Below are positions 1-13,600 of a DNA stretch of 64,000 nt, in pieces. The stretch's first letter is position 1, and each line of letters starts with the position of its first letter. Position numbers and translations under genes: made by a program. The notes under the pieces were generated by a model that saw only the letters and a list, made by a program, of their open reading frames with translations, made no database searches and had not been told where the DNA came from. The stretch comes from Mobula hypostoma. Lineage: Eukaryota. The stretch is taken from contig NC_086118.1 in the NCBI RefSeq assembly GCF_963921235.1, forward strand, positions 29,080,001 to 29,144,000, in the 5' to 3' direction.

Positions 1-613
1 TCAGTTCACTTGCCAAGATCTGTTTTAAGTACTGAGAGATTAGCATCTGACATGCTAAAAAGCATCTATGAGTATTAGACATTTTTATAATGCACTCTTG
101 GAAGGGGTAACTAATTCCTTTTAACTTTCCTGAATTAATAAATTACCAAAATAATTAATTAAATAACTTGAATGTAAACTCTGAATTTCTGATTGAAATT
201 GAAATGTGTTAAAGTGGATGGACATCATTAAAAGTTTAGACTGAAGATTCCACAAGCCTAGAAGTAGAGCAGATGTTTTGAAGTTGTAGGCAGATTGAAA
301 AAAAATATTTCTGCTGGAATGTTACAGTTTTGCTCTAAAGTAATCCATGTGACTGAGCAGAAGTGCATTAGAAATTCATATTTGATTGTTTGCACCAAAT
401 TCACATATACAGTATAACAGTGGCTGCAAGTTGTACTTCTGAAATTCAATCTTTTGAATTTAATCACTTCCATTGATTTATAATTTTGCCCTCCCCATTA
501 CTGTTGTTAATTGCCTCTAATTACTCAGTATTTCTGTAGGATTTCATTTCCAAAATCCTTTTGGTTTTCACAGAGATGTGTTCTGTGTACATAAACAGAT
601 CAGGTTTGACTAG

Positions 614-2540
614 TAACCATATAACCATATAACAATGACAGCACGGAAACAGGCCGTCTCGGCCCTTCTAGTCCGTGCCGAGCTCTTACTCTCACCTAGT
701 CACACCGACCTGCACTCAGCCCATAACCCTCCATTCCTTTCCTGTCCATATAGCTGTCCAATTTAACTTTAAACAACAACATCGAAACTACCTCAACCAC
801 TTCTGCTGGGAGCTCATTCCACACAGCTACCACTCTCTGAGTAAAGAAGTTCCCCCTCATGTTACCCCTAAACTTTTGACTTTTAACTCTCAACTCATGT
901 CCTCTTGTTTGAATCTCCCCTACTCTCAATGAAAAAAGCCTATCCATGTCAACTCTATCTATCCCTCTCATAATTTTAAATACCTCTATCAAGCCCCCCT
1001 CAACCTTCTACGTTCCAAAGAATAAAGACCCAACTTGTTCAACCTTTCTCTGTAACTTAGGTGATGAAACCCAGGTAACATTCTAGTAAATCTTCTCTGC
1101 ACTCTCTCTAATTTATTGACATCTTTCCTATAATTCAGTGACCAAAACTGTACACAATACTCCAAATTTGGCCTCACCAATGCCTTGTACAATTTCAACA
1201 TTACATCCCAACTCCTATACTCAATGATCTGATTTATAAAGGCCAGCATACCAAAAGCTTTCTTCACCACCCTATCCACATGAGATTCCACCTTCAGGGA
1301 ACTCTGCACCATTATTCCTAGATCCCTCTGTTCTACTGCAAACTTCAATGCCCTACCATTTACCGTGTATGTCCTATTTTGATTAGTCCTACCAAAATGT
1401 AACACCTCACATTTATCAGCGTGAAACTCCATCTGCCATCTTTCAGCTCATTCTCCTAACTGGCCTAAATCTCTCTGCAAGCTTTGAAAACCTACTTCAT
1501 TATCCGCAACTCCACCTATCTTAGTATCATCTGCATACTTACTCATCCAATTTACCACCCCATCATCCAGATCATTAATGTATATGACAAATAACATTGG
1601 ACCCAGTACAGATCCCTGAGGCACACCACTAGTCACCGGCCTCCAATCTGATAAACAGTTATCCACCACCACTCTCTGGCATCTCCCATCCAGCCACTGC
1701 TGAATCCATTTTACTACTTCAATATTAATACCTAATGATTGAACCTTCCTAACCAATCTTCCATGTGGGACCTTGTCAAAGGCCTTACTGAAGTCCATAT
1801 AGACAACATAACTGCTTTACCCTCGCCAACTTTCCTAGCAACCTCTTCAAAAAATTCAATAAGATTTGTCAAACATGACCTTCCACGTACAAATCCATGT
1901 TGACTGTTCCTAATCAGACCCTGTCTATCCAGATAATTATATATACCATCTCTAAGAATACTCTCCATCAATTTATCCACCACTGACGTCAAACTCACAG
2001 GCCGATAATTGCTAGGTTTAGTCTTAGAACCCTTTTTAAACAATGGAACAACATGAGCAATACGCCAATCCTCCAGCACCATCCCCGTTTCTAATGACAT
2101 TTGAAATATTTCTGTCAGAGCCCCTGCTATTTCCACACTAACTTCCCCCAATGTCCTAGGGAATATCCTGTCAGGACCCGGAGACTTATCCACCTTTATA
2201 TTCCTTAAAAGCTCCAGTACTTCCTCTTCTTTAATGATCATAGTTTCCATAACTTCCCTACCTGCTTCCCTTATCTTACACAATTCAATATCCTTCTCCT
2301 TAATGAATACCAAAGAAAAGAAATTGTTCAGAATCTCCCCCATCTCTTTTGGCTCCAAACATAGCTGTCCACTTTGATTCTCTAAGGGACAAATTTTATC
2401 CCTCACTATCCTTTTGCTATTAATATAACGGTAGAAACACTTGGGATTTACTTTCACCTTATTTGCCAAAGCAACCTCATATCTTCTTTTAGCTTTTCAG
2501 CAACCTCATAATCTTCTTTTAGCTTTTCTATTTTAGCTTT
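614..2540 (-). mobile_element. CR1-clade LINE, 5'-truncated, frameshifted ORF2 (RT and C-terminus) plus 3' UTR
   Basis: Minus-strand ORFs 1732-2469, 1448-1798, 989-1432 and 696-992 contain KSPGPD, NYRPVSLTS, QHGF, DFSKAFDKVPH, SGVPQGSVLGP, YADDTK and LERRRLRG. (taaccata)n tail at about 614-633; possible 5-bp TSD tagta (611-615 / 2540-2544). Confidence 0.95.
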
Positions 2541-5359
2541 AGTATATTTCACTCCGATCCCAACTCAAACATCAACTTCCAGATACTGATGCGTAGGACT
2601 TCATGGGACTCCCTGGACATTGCATCCCTGATTCTTTTCTTGCCCAGTACTTGGCTCATTATGAGTATGTCCGTTCAATAACCTTCTTGGTTCCGTGAGT
2701 CAATAAAAAAACCGGGAATAGTAGTCAGATACAGGTTTCTCTATGTAGGGGTGTTATCTCCCTCCCTTTTCCAGACGCTAGCATATCTTGTGGCTCTTAT
2801 TACAAAATGGCTGCTTTCCAATTCACAACGTTTCATGTGGAGTTTTGAACTTTTGACTAGAGTGCTGCTGGTCTACTATCGTAACCCATAGGGTGCTATA
2901 TTGATCAAGTGGCACTCATATGGAATTTTAAGATTAAACTGATGCTCCCTTTGCTATTGCATTTACAATTTCCGTGGTTACGAAGATGCCATATAATATA
3001 GCATTGATCATATTTTTGTGAAAATATAATATTGGCAGCAGTCAAATCCTAATGAATTGTGTATGAACTGAAAGGTAAAGAACATGTAAATTCTTCATAT
3101 AAAAGAACAATGGAGCCTCCTTAAATATCTGATGATTTATACATTTGTATCCTGCATATTGTTCCCAAGTCCATCCAGCTGCTGCCTTGAAATAGAAATT
3201 GATGTTTATGGAGAAGTAGAAATGAGCCCCTCAATGTGATTAGATTTCTATAATAGGTAATTTATTTTGCCAGAATCAAAGTTGACCCTCTGTCTTCAGC
3301 CGTGAAAATCCCTGGAGATTATTTTGGCTGTACTGCTCCTTCAAGTAGGAGTCTGCCTTTGTATCTGAGAGAATGAGACAGTGGTTCATCTCTTCACTGC
3401 ATTCGAAAGGTCACTGTCTTTATTATGTTTACTAATGTGTTATCATCAGCACCCAGCAATAGGTTTTGCTGTTTTTTTTCCTTTATCTGGGCCTCTTTTC
3501 AATCAAGAACCTTATTTTTTTGTAATAAAGAATGAAGGAACGCTTTTACATTGTAAAACTGAAAATGCATATTGTGAAGGGGGAGGGGAGGAAAAGAGTG
3601 ACAGTTATTTGTTAACTCTTCTTTCCGTTGAATATAGCAAATGGACCAGGAGAAAGGTGCCAATGTTCAAGTGTCCAGACTAATCAAGCTAATAGCTCAC
3701 TGTTCGATTTCAGATATTGAAAAGGTCATAGAAAGTTTATTTAGAATGAGCTAAGCTGTTAAATCCTTTGAGATTTATTGTAGCTGTTTGTAATCGGTTC
3801 AAAAATATTGCAAGATCGATGATTTGGTAGGATGTTCTTACATTTTTTGGGCTGTAACATAATGTATTGTGAAATAATTGAATATGAGTTCCAAAAATAT
3901 AACATAATACACACAATGTTGTAAAAACTGCAAATAGCCATTTCTTTAATGTAACCTATGAGAAGAGAAAATGAGTTTTTTTAATTCAATTGTCTGCATG
4001 GTAGAAACTGCCATTTTATTTTGCTGTGTGTTTCAGACATATTTTTGTCCAATGGTCCAAATGTGCCTGGAAATATGATGCAAGCAACATGTTAACTTTT
4101 TAAGTATACATGCAATTTTAAATATGTTTTGAATTTGTAAGCACATATAATGAAACACAGTTGGGACTCGATATCTGTAACTTACCTGGGAGATGTTACT
4201 ATTGTAGAAATGAGTCCTTGTGCAGAAGATAAAAGCATTGTGTTTTAAGATGGTGCACTAATGAGGTGGCAATTCATAACAATGAACAATGAGTGCATCA
4301 CCAGAGTTTCAGTGTGACAATAATGTCTGATAGAGGACGTAGCAGTGTAGAGATATGTAATCTCCATATTTGTATATAAATAGGAATAGGCATTTTGTTC
4401 CATTAGTCTATATCTTTAAAACAGTTGTAGTGAAGAAATGTCACAGACTTATTTATGATATTGTCTGAGTAATGTAATGTTAAAATTTATCACTGATTTT
4501 GCATCTGCAATTGAACAAAGCCTTTCTCAACTGCAATCACTGTGATATTGTCTCATGCATTGATTTTTTTTTTGCCGCATGTTCATTAGCAGCAATATTT
4601 CTCTTCCGTCTGACTCCTTTCTCTCAGCATTTCACTGTAAAGTCGTTGATTATCTTGATTTGTTATGGCATTTCCACATCTCATAGGAATTCACAACCTT
4701 CTTTATTTCTCAAGGCACTCAAAAGTGTCTGAGTTTCTCAAAACATTTTACCATAATTTCTTTATCACCTCAAGGGATTCATTGTTTGCAGAGGCACTGC
4801 TACTATACCTTTGTGTTTCTTGTCATAATTCAGTATAACTTGCTTACACCTTGCTCTAACTGAGATGCCACCATCACTTACCAGTGTACCAGGCCTTTTA
4901 CAGTAGGCCACTGCAACATTCTCATTTCTTGCAAGACCAGCTGTCACAGTCTGAGTTCTTTTGACATCTTGTAATGTGGAAAATCCTTAGTTTGGTTAGA
5001 TGTCAACCATGGCTCAGTCAGTCGCATTTTTGCCTTTAAGGCAGAATGTTGTGGGATCAGGTCCCACTACACTATATCAAAGCTGGCACGTTGCAGTAGT
5101 ATTGAGTTAATACAGCTTTGTTGGATTTGCTCTCCTTCAAAGGCCTGGAATTTGTTTGCAACAATCTTCTGACACTAAAACACTGTTTCACTGTTAGTAC
5201 TGTTTCAACAAACTCCAAAACGAAGCTGTTCAAAGCCAATACTGCTGAACTCTTGCATCCAGTGCGATTGTTTCAGGACCAAAAGGTGATCCCAAAAGGT
5301 GAGGGTAATTTCTTAGCTTTCTGAACTTTGGACCCAGGATCTTAAAGGATTAGACCGTA

Positions 5360-5860
5360 ATATAACATGCTGTGCTATGGAAAGGATGTGGTTAAGTTGG
5401 AAAGGGTGTAGAAAAGATTCATGTGAACATTGCCTGAAGTGGAAGGCTTGAGGTATAATGTGAGCCTAGGTAGGCTGGAAGTGCTTTCCCTGTGCAAGGG
5501 AGAATGGTGACCTAAAGAAGTTTACGTAATGATAAGGGGTATACAGTAGATAGCCGAAATACTGTAGTCACAGTCTGTTTCCTAGAGAAAGGGAGTCTGA
5601 AAATAGAGGGTATTGGTGAGACAGGAAAGATTTAAAGAAGATCTAAGGAGCAAGTTTGTCAGAGGGTTGTGGGTATATGGAACAAGCTTCCAGAGGAGGT
5701 TGTGGAGACTGGTAGATTTACAATATTCAAAAACAGGTACATGGATAGGAAAGATTTAGAGGATATAAGCAAATGGGGTTAATGTAAACGAGTATCTTGG
5801 TCGGCAAGGCAAGGCTGGACTTAGGGTCTGTTTCCCTGCTGTATAACTCCATAAGTCCAT
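5360..5860 (+). mobile_element. Degenerate CR1 3' fragment
   Basis: Decayed match to the CR1 C-terminus and 3' UTR of younger copies (ggaaaggatgtggttaagttggaaagggtg, gagggttgtgggtatatggaac, ctgtttccctgctgtataactc). Confidence 0.75.
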
Positions 5861-6984
5861 GAATCTAATTTTTCCATCTACTGAAGAGTGTGGCCTGGGC
5901 ATGAGTACTGTGATGAATACCTAGAATTTTGAGAGCCCAGCACAGCAGCTGAAATTCCCCTTCAAGTTTAAGTATTAAAAATTGAAGATTCCCCACATAG
6001 CCAGTTAAGCAATGCAAGAGTAGGATGGTAAAGTGTCCTATAGGCATCTCTCAGCAGAAACGAAAAGACTATGTCACATATTGGAATCACAGAGTCACAG
6101 AATCAAAGAGCACAGAAACAGGCTGCAAGGCCCAGCAAGTCCATGGCAACCATCAATCAACCAACACAAGTCACCACGTACAAAATGCTGGAGGAACTCA
6201 GCAGATCAGGCAGTATCCATGGAAATGAACCAACAGTTGATGTTTTGAGCCAAAACCCTTCTTCAGGACCAGAAAGGAAGAGGGAATATTCCAGAATAAA
6301 AAGGAGAAGGGAGGGGAATGGGGACAAGCTAGGAGGTGATAGGTGAAACCAGGTGGGTAGGAAAAGTAAAGTGCTGGAGAAGAAGGAATCAGATAGGAGC
6401 AAAGAATGGACCATAGGAAAAAGGAAAGGAGGAAGCGCATCTGGACAAGGTGATAGGCCAGTGAGAAGAGGTAAGAGACCAGATCGAGGAAATGAAGAAG
6501 AGGGGAGTTGGGGGGAACGTAATTTTTTTACCAGAAGGAGAAATCAAAATTCATGCCATCAAGTTGGAGGCTACCCATACAGAATGTAAGGTGTTGCCCC
6601 TTGCCCTTAAGGTGGCCTCATCATGGCACAAGAGAAGGCCATGGACCGACAAGTCAGAACGGGAATGTGGATCAGAATTAAAATGCTTGGCCACTGGGAA
6701 GGAGTGGAAGGGCTTGATGAAGCAGTCCGCCAGTATGTGGCAGTTCTCACCAATGCAGAGGAGGCCACATCGGGAGCACCAGACACAATAGAGAACCGCT
6801 GCAAATTTGCAGGTGAAGTGTTGCCTCACCTGGAAGGACTATTTCGGGCCTTGAATGGAAGTGAAGGAGGAGGTAAATGGTCTGGTGTAACACTTGACTG
6901 CCCTAATTGTTCTGGTACCCTTTGCTGGTTCCCTGAATGTCTTGGATACCCTGCCTGCCCTGGATATTCCATGCTGTCTCTCTA

Positions 6985-8831
6985 CCTGTCCTGGATCTTT
7001 TAATCTCTAGTTGCCGACGAGACATCAAGTGGCTCAAATTCAGCACTCCTCACTCCTCTGAATGCACTCTCTCCACCTCAATACCAACTTCACCATCAAA
7101 CCCACGGACAGAGAGGGTGCTGGTCTATGGTGGCAGACTGACCTCTACCTTGCTGAGGCCAGCTGGCAATTCTCAGACACCTCCTCATACCTACCCCTTG
7201 AAGAGGACCCCACACCAGACCATCAGAAAACGGTCTCCAACAATGTCACTAAACTCATCAACTCTGGAGAACTCTCATCCACTGCACCAAACTCACAGTT
7301 CCCTCACCCCAGGCTGCTCGTTTCTACCTCCTACCCAAGATCCACAAACCTGACTGTCCAGATAGGCCCATTGTTTCTGTGTGCTCCAGCCCCACTGAAC
7401 TCATGTTCTCAAATTGCGAATCCATTCTATCCCCCTTGGGTCAGTCCATTTCCACCTACATCTGTGACACTTTACATGCTCTCGTCTTCTCATTAACTTT
7501 CAATTCCCTAGGCTGGACCACCTCATTATCACCATGGATATCCAGTCCCCATACACTTCTATCCCCTATTAGAGGGCCTTAATGCTCTCCAATTCTTTCT
7601 TGTCAAAAGAACCAACCAATTTCCCTGTACCACCTATCGTTCTTGGTCTGGCAGAACTTGTCCTCACTCTCAACACTTTTTCCTTTGGCTACTCCCACTT
7701 TCTCCAGTATCAAGAGGTACCAATGGACATCGACATGGGCCCCAGCAATGCTTGCATTTTCATTGGCTACGTAGAACAGCTCATGTTCCAAGCCTTCCCG
7801 AATAATGCTCCCCAGCTCTTCCTCCGCTACAGTGATGACTGCATTGGTGCTGCTTCGTGCACCCATGCTGGGCTCATCAATTTCAACAACTTTCTCTCCA
7901 ACTTCCACTCTGCTATTAAATTCACTAAGTTCATATCTGACACCTCCCTCCTCTTTCTCAATCTCTCTGTCTCCAGCTCTGGAGGCAAACAGTCAACAGA
8001 CATATTTTATAAACCTACCGATTCCCATAGCTATCTTACTATGCTTCTCACCCTGTATCATACAAAAATACTATTCTCTTTTCTCAGTTCCTTTATCTCC
8101 TCAGCATCTGTTCCCAGGATTAGGCTTTCTTTTCCAGGATACCAGAGTGGCATTTCCCTTCCTCCACCATTGATGCTACCTTCATCTACATCACTTCCAT
8201 TTCCCGAACATCCACGCTCACCCCATCTTCCCACCGCCTTAACAGGGATGGAGTTCCTCTTGTCTTCCCCTACCAACCCCTGAGCCTCCACATCTAACAC
8301 ACCGTTCTCCACCAACTTCTACTATCTCCAAAGTGACCCTACCACCAAACACATCTTTACCTCCCCCACCCTCCACTCTCCACTTTCGGCAGGGATTGCT
8401 CTCTCCATGATTCTCCTGTCTATTCGTCCCTCCTCAGTAATCTCCCTTCCTCCACTTATCCCTGCAAGCAGCCAAAGTGCTGCCCATGTCCATTCACCCA
8501 CTCCCTCACCTCCATTCAGGGCCCCAAACCTGCGAACCTACTATTTTCGTCTATCCTATCCAGCGCACCTGATGCGGCCCCCTCCACAATGGTGAGACCC
8601 TTCATAATTTAGGAGACCACTTCATTGAAAGCCTCTGCTCCATCCATCAAAAGCAGAACTTCCTCGTAGCCCAACATTTTAATTCTGATTCCCATTCCTG
8701 TTCAGACATGCAGCCCATGGCCTCCTTCTGTGCAATGATGAGGCCACCCTCAGGGTGGAGAAGCAACACCTTATCTTCCATCTGGGTAGCCTCCAACCTG
8801 ATGGCATGAATATTGATTTCCCTTTCTGGTG
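6985..8831 (+). pseudogene. Disrupted PLE reverse transcriptase / GIY-YIG ORF (Neptune-like)
   Basis: Translated pieces IKPTDREG (PLE IKPADKG motif), ctacccaagatccacaaacct (LPKIHKP), MGPSNACIFIGYVEQ, LRYSDDCIG (decayed YxDD), TDIFYKPTDSHSYL, and the C-terminus ctgggtagcctccaacctgatggcatgaat (LGSLQPDGMN). Several frameshifts. Confidence 0.9.
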
Positions 8832-9082
8832 AAAAAATACTTCCCTCCCCCTCCCATCTTCTATGCCCCACTCTGGTCCCTTATCTCTTCTCACCTGCCT
8901 ATCACCTCCTCCTAGGTCCCCTCCTCCTTCCCTTTCTCCTCTGGTCCACCCTCCTCTCTTATCAGATTCCTTCCTTTCCAGCCATTTACCTTTCCCTCCC
9001 ACCTGGCTTCACCTATGACCTTCTAGCTACCCTCCTTCCCCTCTCCCCACCATTTTATTTTGGCATCTTCCCCCTTCATTTC

Positions 9083-9120
9083 CAGTACTGAAGAAGGTTT
9101 TTGGCCTGAAACGTCAACTG
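9083..9120 (+). ncRNA. Minimal type I hammerhead ribozyme motif in PLE 3' end (core intact, stems partly decayed)
   Basis: cagta-CTGAAGA-aggtttttggcct-GAAA-C-GTC-aactg. Confidence 0.6.
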
Positions 9121-9287
9121 TGTATTCATTTCCATAGAGGTTGTCTGACCTACTGAGTAGCTCCAGCATTTTGTAAGTGTTGCTTTGGATTTCCAGCATC
9201 AGTAGAATTTCACTTGTTTACCATTAACATAAATCCTAATTTATTCTCCCTACATTCTTTCCAGATTCTTCCTTTTGCCTACACATT

Positions 9288-9726
9288 GTCTGTCTAGGTA
9301 CCACATCTGATGCAGACTTTGGTGACCATGGTTTTCCATATAGATCTATCCCTTGTTTTTTGGATGACTTCCATTTCCTCAATGTGTAGCCACCTGGCTA
9401 TGCTTTTGATGTACATAAGCCGAGGTCTTCCTCAATCTCCCTTCAATATTTCCAGAGAGTATGAGTTTTTGTCGTTCATCTTTCCGCATGATGTGTCCTA
9501 GGATTCTGAGTTGTCTTTCTCTTATTGAGAGTGAGTGATCGAACTGCTTGGGCTCTTCTGAGAACTTCTTCATTTGATGTGTGTGTGGTCCATGATATTT
9601 TTAACATTCTCCTGTAGAACTATAATTCAGCTGCGTCTAGTCTCTTTTCCATTGCTGGGGAAATGGTCCAGCATTCACTCCCATAAGTCAGGATAGAATA
9701 AATGTAGCACTGCTACATAATGTGTA
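9288..9726 (-). mobile_element. RTE-clade LINE 3' fragment with 11-bp TSD
   Basis: Minus strand encodes ILTYGSECWTISPAMEKRLDAAE and IRERQLRILGHIMRKD...LILSGNIEGR, then an (agac)n tail. TSD gcctacacatt at 9277-9287 and 9727-9737. Confidence 0.85.
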
Positions 9727-9925
9727 GCCTACACATTAGGGGCAATTATTCTACCAATCCATATATCTTTGGAGTGTGGGAAGAAACCATGCCATCTTGA
9801 GGAAACTCACGTGATTGCAGGGAGAACATGCAAGTTCCATATAGGCAACACTGGAGCACAGGACCGAACCCAGGTCACTGGAGCTGTGAGACGTCAGTTC
9901 TGCCTGATGCACCAACATGCCACTA
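9727..9925 (-). mobile_element. V-domain (HE1-like) tRNA-derived SINE, head and core; its tail appears split off to about 9221-9287 and about 6080-6170
   Basis: tctttggagtgtgggaagaaacc...agggagaacatgcaagttcc...gaacccaggtcactggagctgtgag is the reverse complement of the V-SINE core and B box. Confidence 0.65.
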
Positions 9926-11419
9926 TGGGTGTGTATGGCCCATACTTTAGCAAATTCTTATGTTGACTTGATGTGGTGGTTTTTGGAGGTACTGAAAGCC
10001 ACAAGTTCAGGGGCACAAAATGAGTAACAAATTAAATCTCAAGTAATTTGTTCTAGTCATCACTAATCAGTTTCTCCAACAGAAGTCAGAAGAAATCTTG
10101 CACAAGCAAAAGAGGTTCCAAGTTCATCAGATCAAGAATTAATTCAAAAGAAGAGAAAGACATCTAACATAAGAGGGGGCACCAAAGCTTCCTGAATTAA
10201 GGCAAGGCTCCCTCTAAACACTTGACACAGGAGCAATGTCTATGAAGGCTGTCTTACCACACAATAGCCTCACTCACCCTGTGTCCTGTAAAAAAAAAAT
10301 CATATTCATAAGGTGGCACAGGTATCTGCATTGTTGGCAGACCAGGTTACTGGACATCAGCATGATTGGGCTGTAGAGGTTACAATTAGATTCAGTCTTG
10401 ATTTTATTGAATGGTAGAGCCAGATTAAGGCATGGAATGACCACTCCTGCTGATGATTCATACATTTTGTATTGTCTCATATCAAAGTCAAAGTTTGAAT
10501 CTTCCTTGCTCTCAGAAACCTTTCAAGGTATGTCAGTTTAAAGGTGATGTATTTGATACTTTGCTGGTCACTGCTGCACTGTAAGAGTCACAAATTTTTC
10601 ATTCATCATAGTAGGAAATCTTCCAATTTTAAGAAAGGCAAGTTTTGCTTTCACTGTTACAAGAGGCAATTGTCTCCACATTCATAGAAAGCACTCATGT
10701 CATTAATGATATCTATCTGGTGACTTCCTACCACTTTAAAGAGAGGACTTCGTTGTGTATATACTCTATTTTCATATCTGAATTCTATGTTTCCTGGTGA
10801 TATGGTAAAACCATCTCTCATCACAGAAGCATACAAGCATCCCTTGCAACATTTCAGAAGCTGGAACTGTGATAGTTGTATGGTGAATAGGTTCTTTCTG
10901 GACTATACTCTTGAGGTCTTCCTTGTATGAAAAAGGATTTTGGTGCCATCTTATACTTTATACGTTATTGTCGCCAAACGATTGATACTAGAACGTACAA
11001 TCATTATAGCGTTATTTGATCCTATCTATTAGATAACTTTTTCTTGAATTTGCCTATTTCAGCAGGATTTCTTCTGTCATGTCCGGGCAGTTAATTTTGA
11101 GTGGAGTCAGGGTGGAGGAATCTATTCGTACCATCTGGTGATGCTGTTACTAGAATTCTTGCCTGGGACCATCTATTTAAGATCTATTCTGCAGAGGGCT
11201 AGTAAATTGTAAAATTGGTTTATTACTGTCACATGTACCAAGGTACAGTGAACAGTTTGTCTTGCATTTGTTGTACCATGGTTTGCCCATGAATGCAAGA
11301 TAATTGTGCTGACACTTTATTGGTACTCTGGAGCCTTGTATATTATTGAAAGCTTCTATAGGTTACTGCCTCACTGATATGAAACTCCTGTGCAATGTAC
11401 TTCTCAGCTGTTGCTTCAA

Positions 11420-11970
11420 GGAGTGGACAGCCCAGTGGTGTGGCTACCACTGCTGCTGTCTCTCAGCACCAATGGCAGGGCTCAAACCTGACATTGGCTT
11501 CGTTCTGTGTGGAGACTGTGCTTTCTCCCTTTTACTGCATTGGCATCCCCCAGTTGCCTTGCACGTTGCAAAGGCTTGTGAGCTAATAGGTTAATGGCCT
11601 CTGTTTCCTGTTGTTGCCTGTAAGGAGTTTGGGTGTTCTCCCCGTGACCACAGGTGCTCCAGATTCCTCCCACAGTCCAAAGACGTACTGACTAGTTGGT
11701 TAATTGTTCATTGTAAATTGTCCCATGATTGGGCTACGGTTAAGGTGGGGGTTGCTGGGCAGCGCAGCTCAAAGGGCCTGAAGGGCCTATTCCTATTATC
11801 TCAATAAATAAATAAATTTCCACTTGTTTGCATGTGGGTGGTAGAATGTAGTTAGAGCTGATGGGAATGTGGGAAGAATCATTTATGGTAAAAAAAAGTG
11901 CAAGAATGGGATTGTTCTCTGAATAATTGGAGCAGACTTGATAGGCCAAATGGTCTAATTCTGCTCCTAT
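11420..11970 (+). mobile_element. Two nested V-domain SINEs (younger copy about 11600-11818 inside an older copy)
   Basis: Two successive V cores (tgtggagactgtgctttctccc; taaggagtttgggtgttctccccgtgacc...ctcccacagtccaaagacgt) and an (aaat)n tail at about 11803-11818, after which an older tail resumes. Confidence 0.7.
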
Positions 11971-13299
11971 ACAGAACGATAGAACACTACAGCACAGAAA
12001 CAGGCCTTTTGGCCTTCCTCAAGTATATCTTAAGGTATACTTGAGCAGCCAATATGCCCTGTTCCATGATATAAGGAAATACAGATTCATGGAGCTTCTC
12101 AGCACAGATTAAGCCTATGCCTGGTCTCCTCAGGTGTATATGAAAGATCGTGTGGCACTTCTGGAGGCTTTCCCTTGTGCCTTGGCTGTTATTATTTCTG
12201 TGATCAGCAGATCACTTACCTACATGATTGGCCTTCGTAAGGACTGACTGTATGCCTATTGGCCTCACTTCTTTCTCTAATTTACAGTTAGTAAAAACAA
12301 TCATAATTATAATAGATGTTATACTCGTGGAATATTTATCTGGCTAGAAATCCCTTTGTGGACAGTAAAGGTACAATATAATTATAAGTCTCTTTGTAGA
12401 GCAGAAGAGCTCTAACAAATAATGACCCAGTGTTGAGGTATTTTTGCTCCAAGGCATTGTTTCCCAATGCATGCATAGGGTGTAGAAGAAAGATCAGTCA
12501 ATGGAGGGAGATAATTGTACGGAAACTACCCAGAACAGCTGCCGTCCCCAGGAAGTGTGCCCAGCGTCAGGAATAGAACCAATATGATCCCTTGTAGGAA
12601 CAATGTCACAAGAGCCTGGATCTCACTCGTGAACCGGAGATGAAGTGTGCTGGAAAAAGATCTTCAATAAGGGAACATCGGCGCTAAACTGCCAGTAGTG
12701 ATAAAACTGACAAGGATCACAAGGTTTATGCCACAGGTTCCTTCGAGGCGTAGTGAGGGATTTGAAAAGGACTGCTTTGAGGTTCACCATCATATTTTTT
12801 TTTTGCTCGGACCATGATCACAAATGATCTTCTTCAACAAATTTACTTCGAGCAACTTCTTTTTTCTGACAAAAACATTTTAATAGTGTTGTGTGCAAGA
12901 GCTGCTGAGGAATTCTTGTGGGTGTTATTTCATGCAATAACACTGTTTTAGCATGACCTGTGTCCAGAGAGCAGGATGTCTTAGGCCTCACATTTGTAAT
13001 CAAACTTTAGAATTTAACTGGCCATTCTAATGTGACCTAAACTTCTGGTAAGCCTCCAACTGTTCTACTTTCTGGCTGCGATCTTTCAAGGACATCACTT
13101 GTAATGTTATTTGGAGCTGACTAGAAAGACCAATGCTTGGATATTCAATTATTGTCTGTTATTTTTCTGAGTTTCAAAACATCTGCAGTAAGGAAAGCAA
13201 TAACAAGCATGCTCATGAAATGGGGATATAGCAAATGAATTTTAATATAATTTACAAACCAGATAGTCCTTTTTTAAAAAAAAGGGTGAAGTGGAAGTC

Positions 13300-13600
13300 T
13301 GTACATAATGTTTTATATATGCTCGGAGAATTCAAAAGCCAAAGATATTTCTTGGCTTTATAAAGCAAGACACTTGTTAGGCCTCAGCGGAATTATCATA
13401 TTTAATGTGGCTACCACATGTTGGAAAGGATGTCAAAGCCTTGGAGAGAGCCCGTAAAAGACTTACTGGAATATTGGCAGTTATAAATGAATAGTTATTT
13501 GGAGAGTTTAGTGAAATTGGATTTGTTGTCATGTAGCGAAGAATGCTGAGGAGATTTGAAAGAATTGCCCACAGTCATTAAGGATGTCAAAATTTCACAG
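13300..13600 (+). mobile_element. Old CR1 ORF2 fragment
   Basis: Decayed cacttgttaggcctcagcggaa...ggaaaggatgtcaaagccttggagag...gctgaggagatttga. Confidence 0.6.

Larger units (their letters stand above)
6172..9220. mobile_element. Penelope-like element, asymmetric inverted structure: about 0.73-kb antisense arm (6172 to about 6900) plus about 2.2-kb sense arm (about 6985-9220)
   Basis: The left arm is the reverse complement of the GIY-YIG/3' UTR end (ORF 6551-6829: CVWCSRCGLLCIGE). The right arm carries RT and GIY-YIG remnants and ends in the family tail ttccagcatcagtagaattt. Confidence 0.9.
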
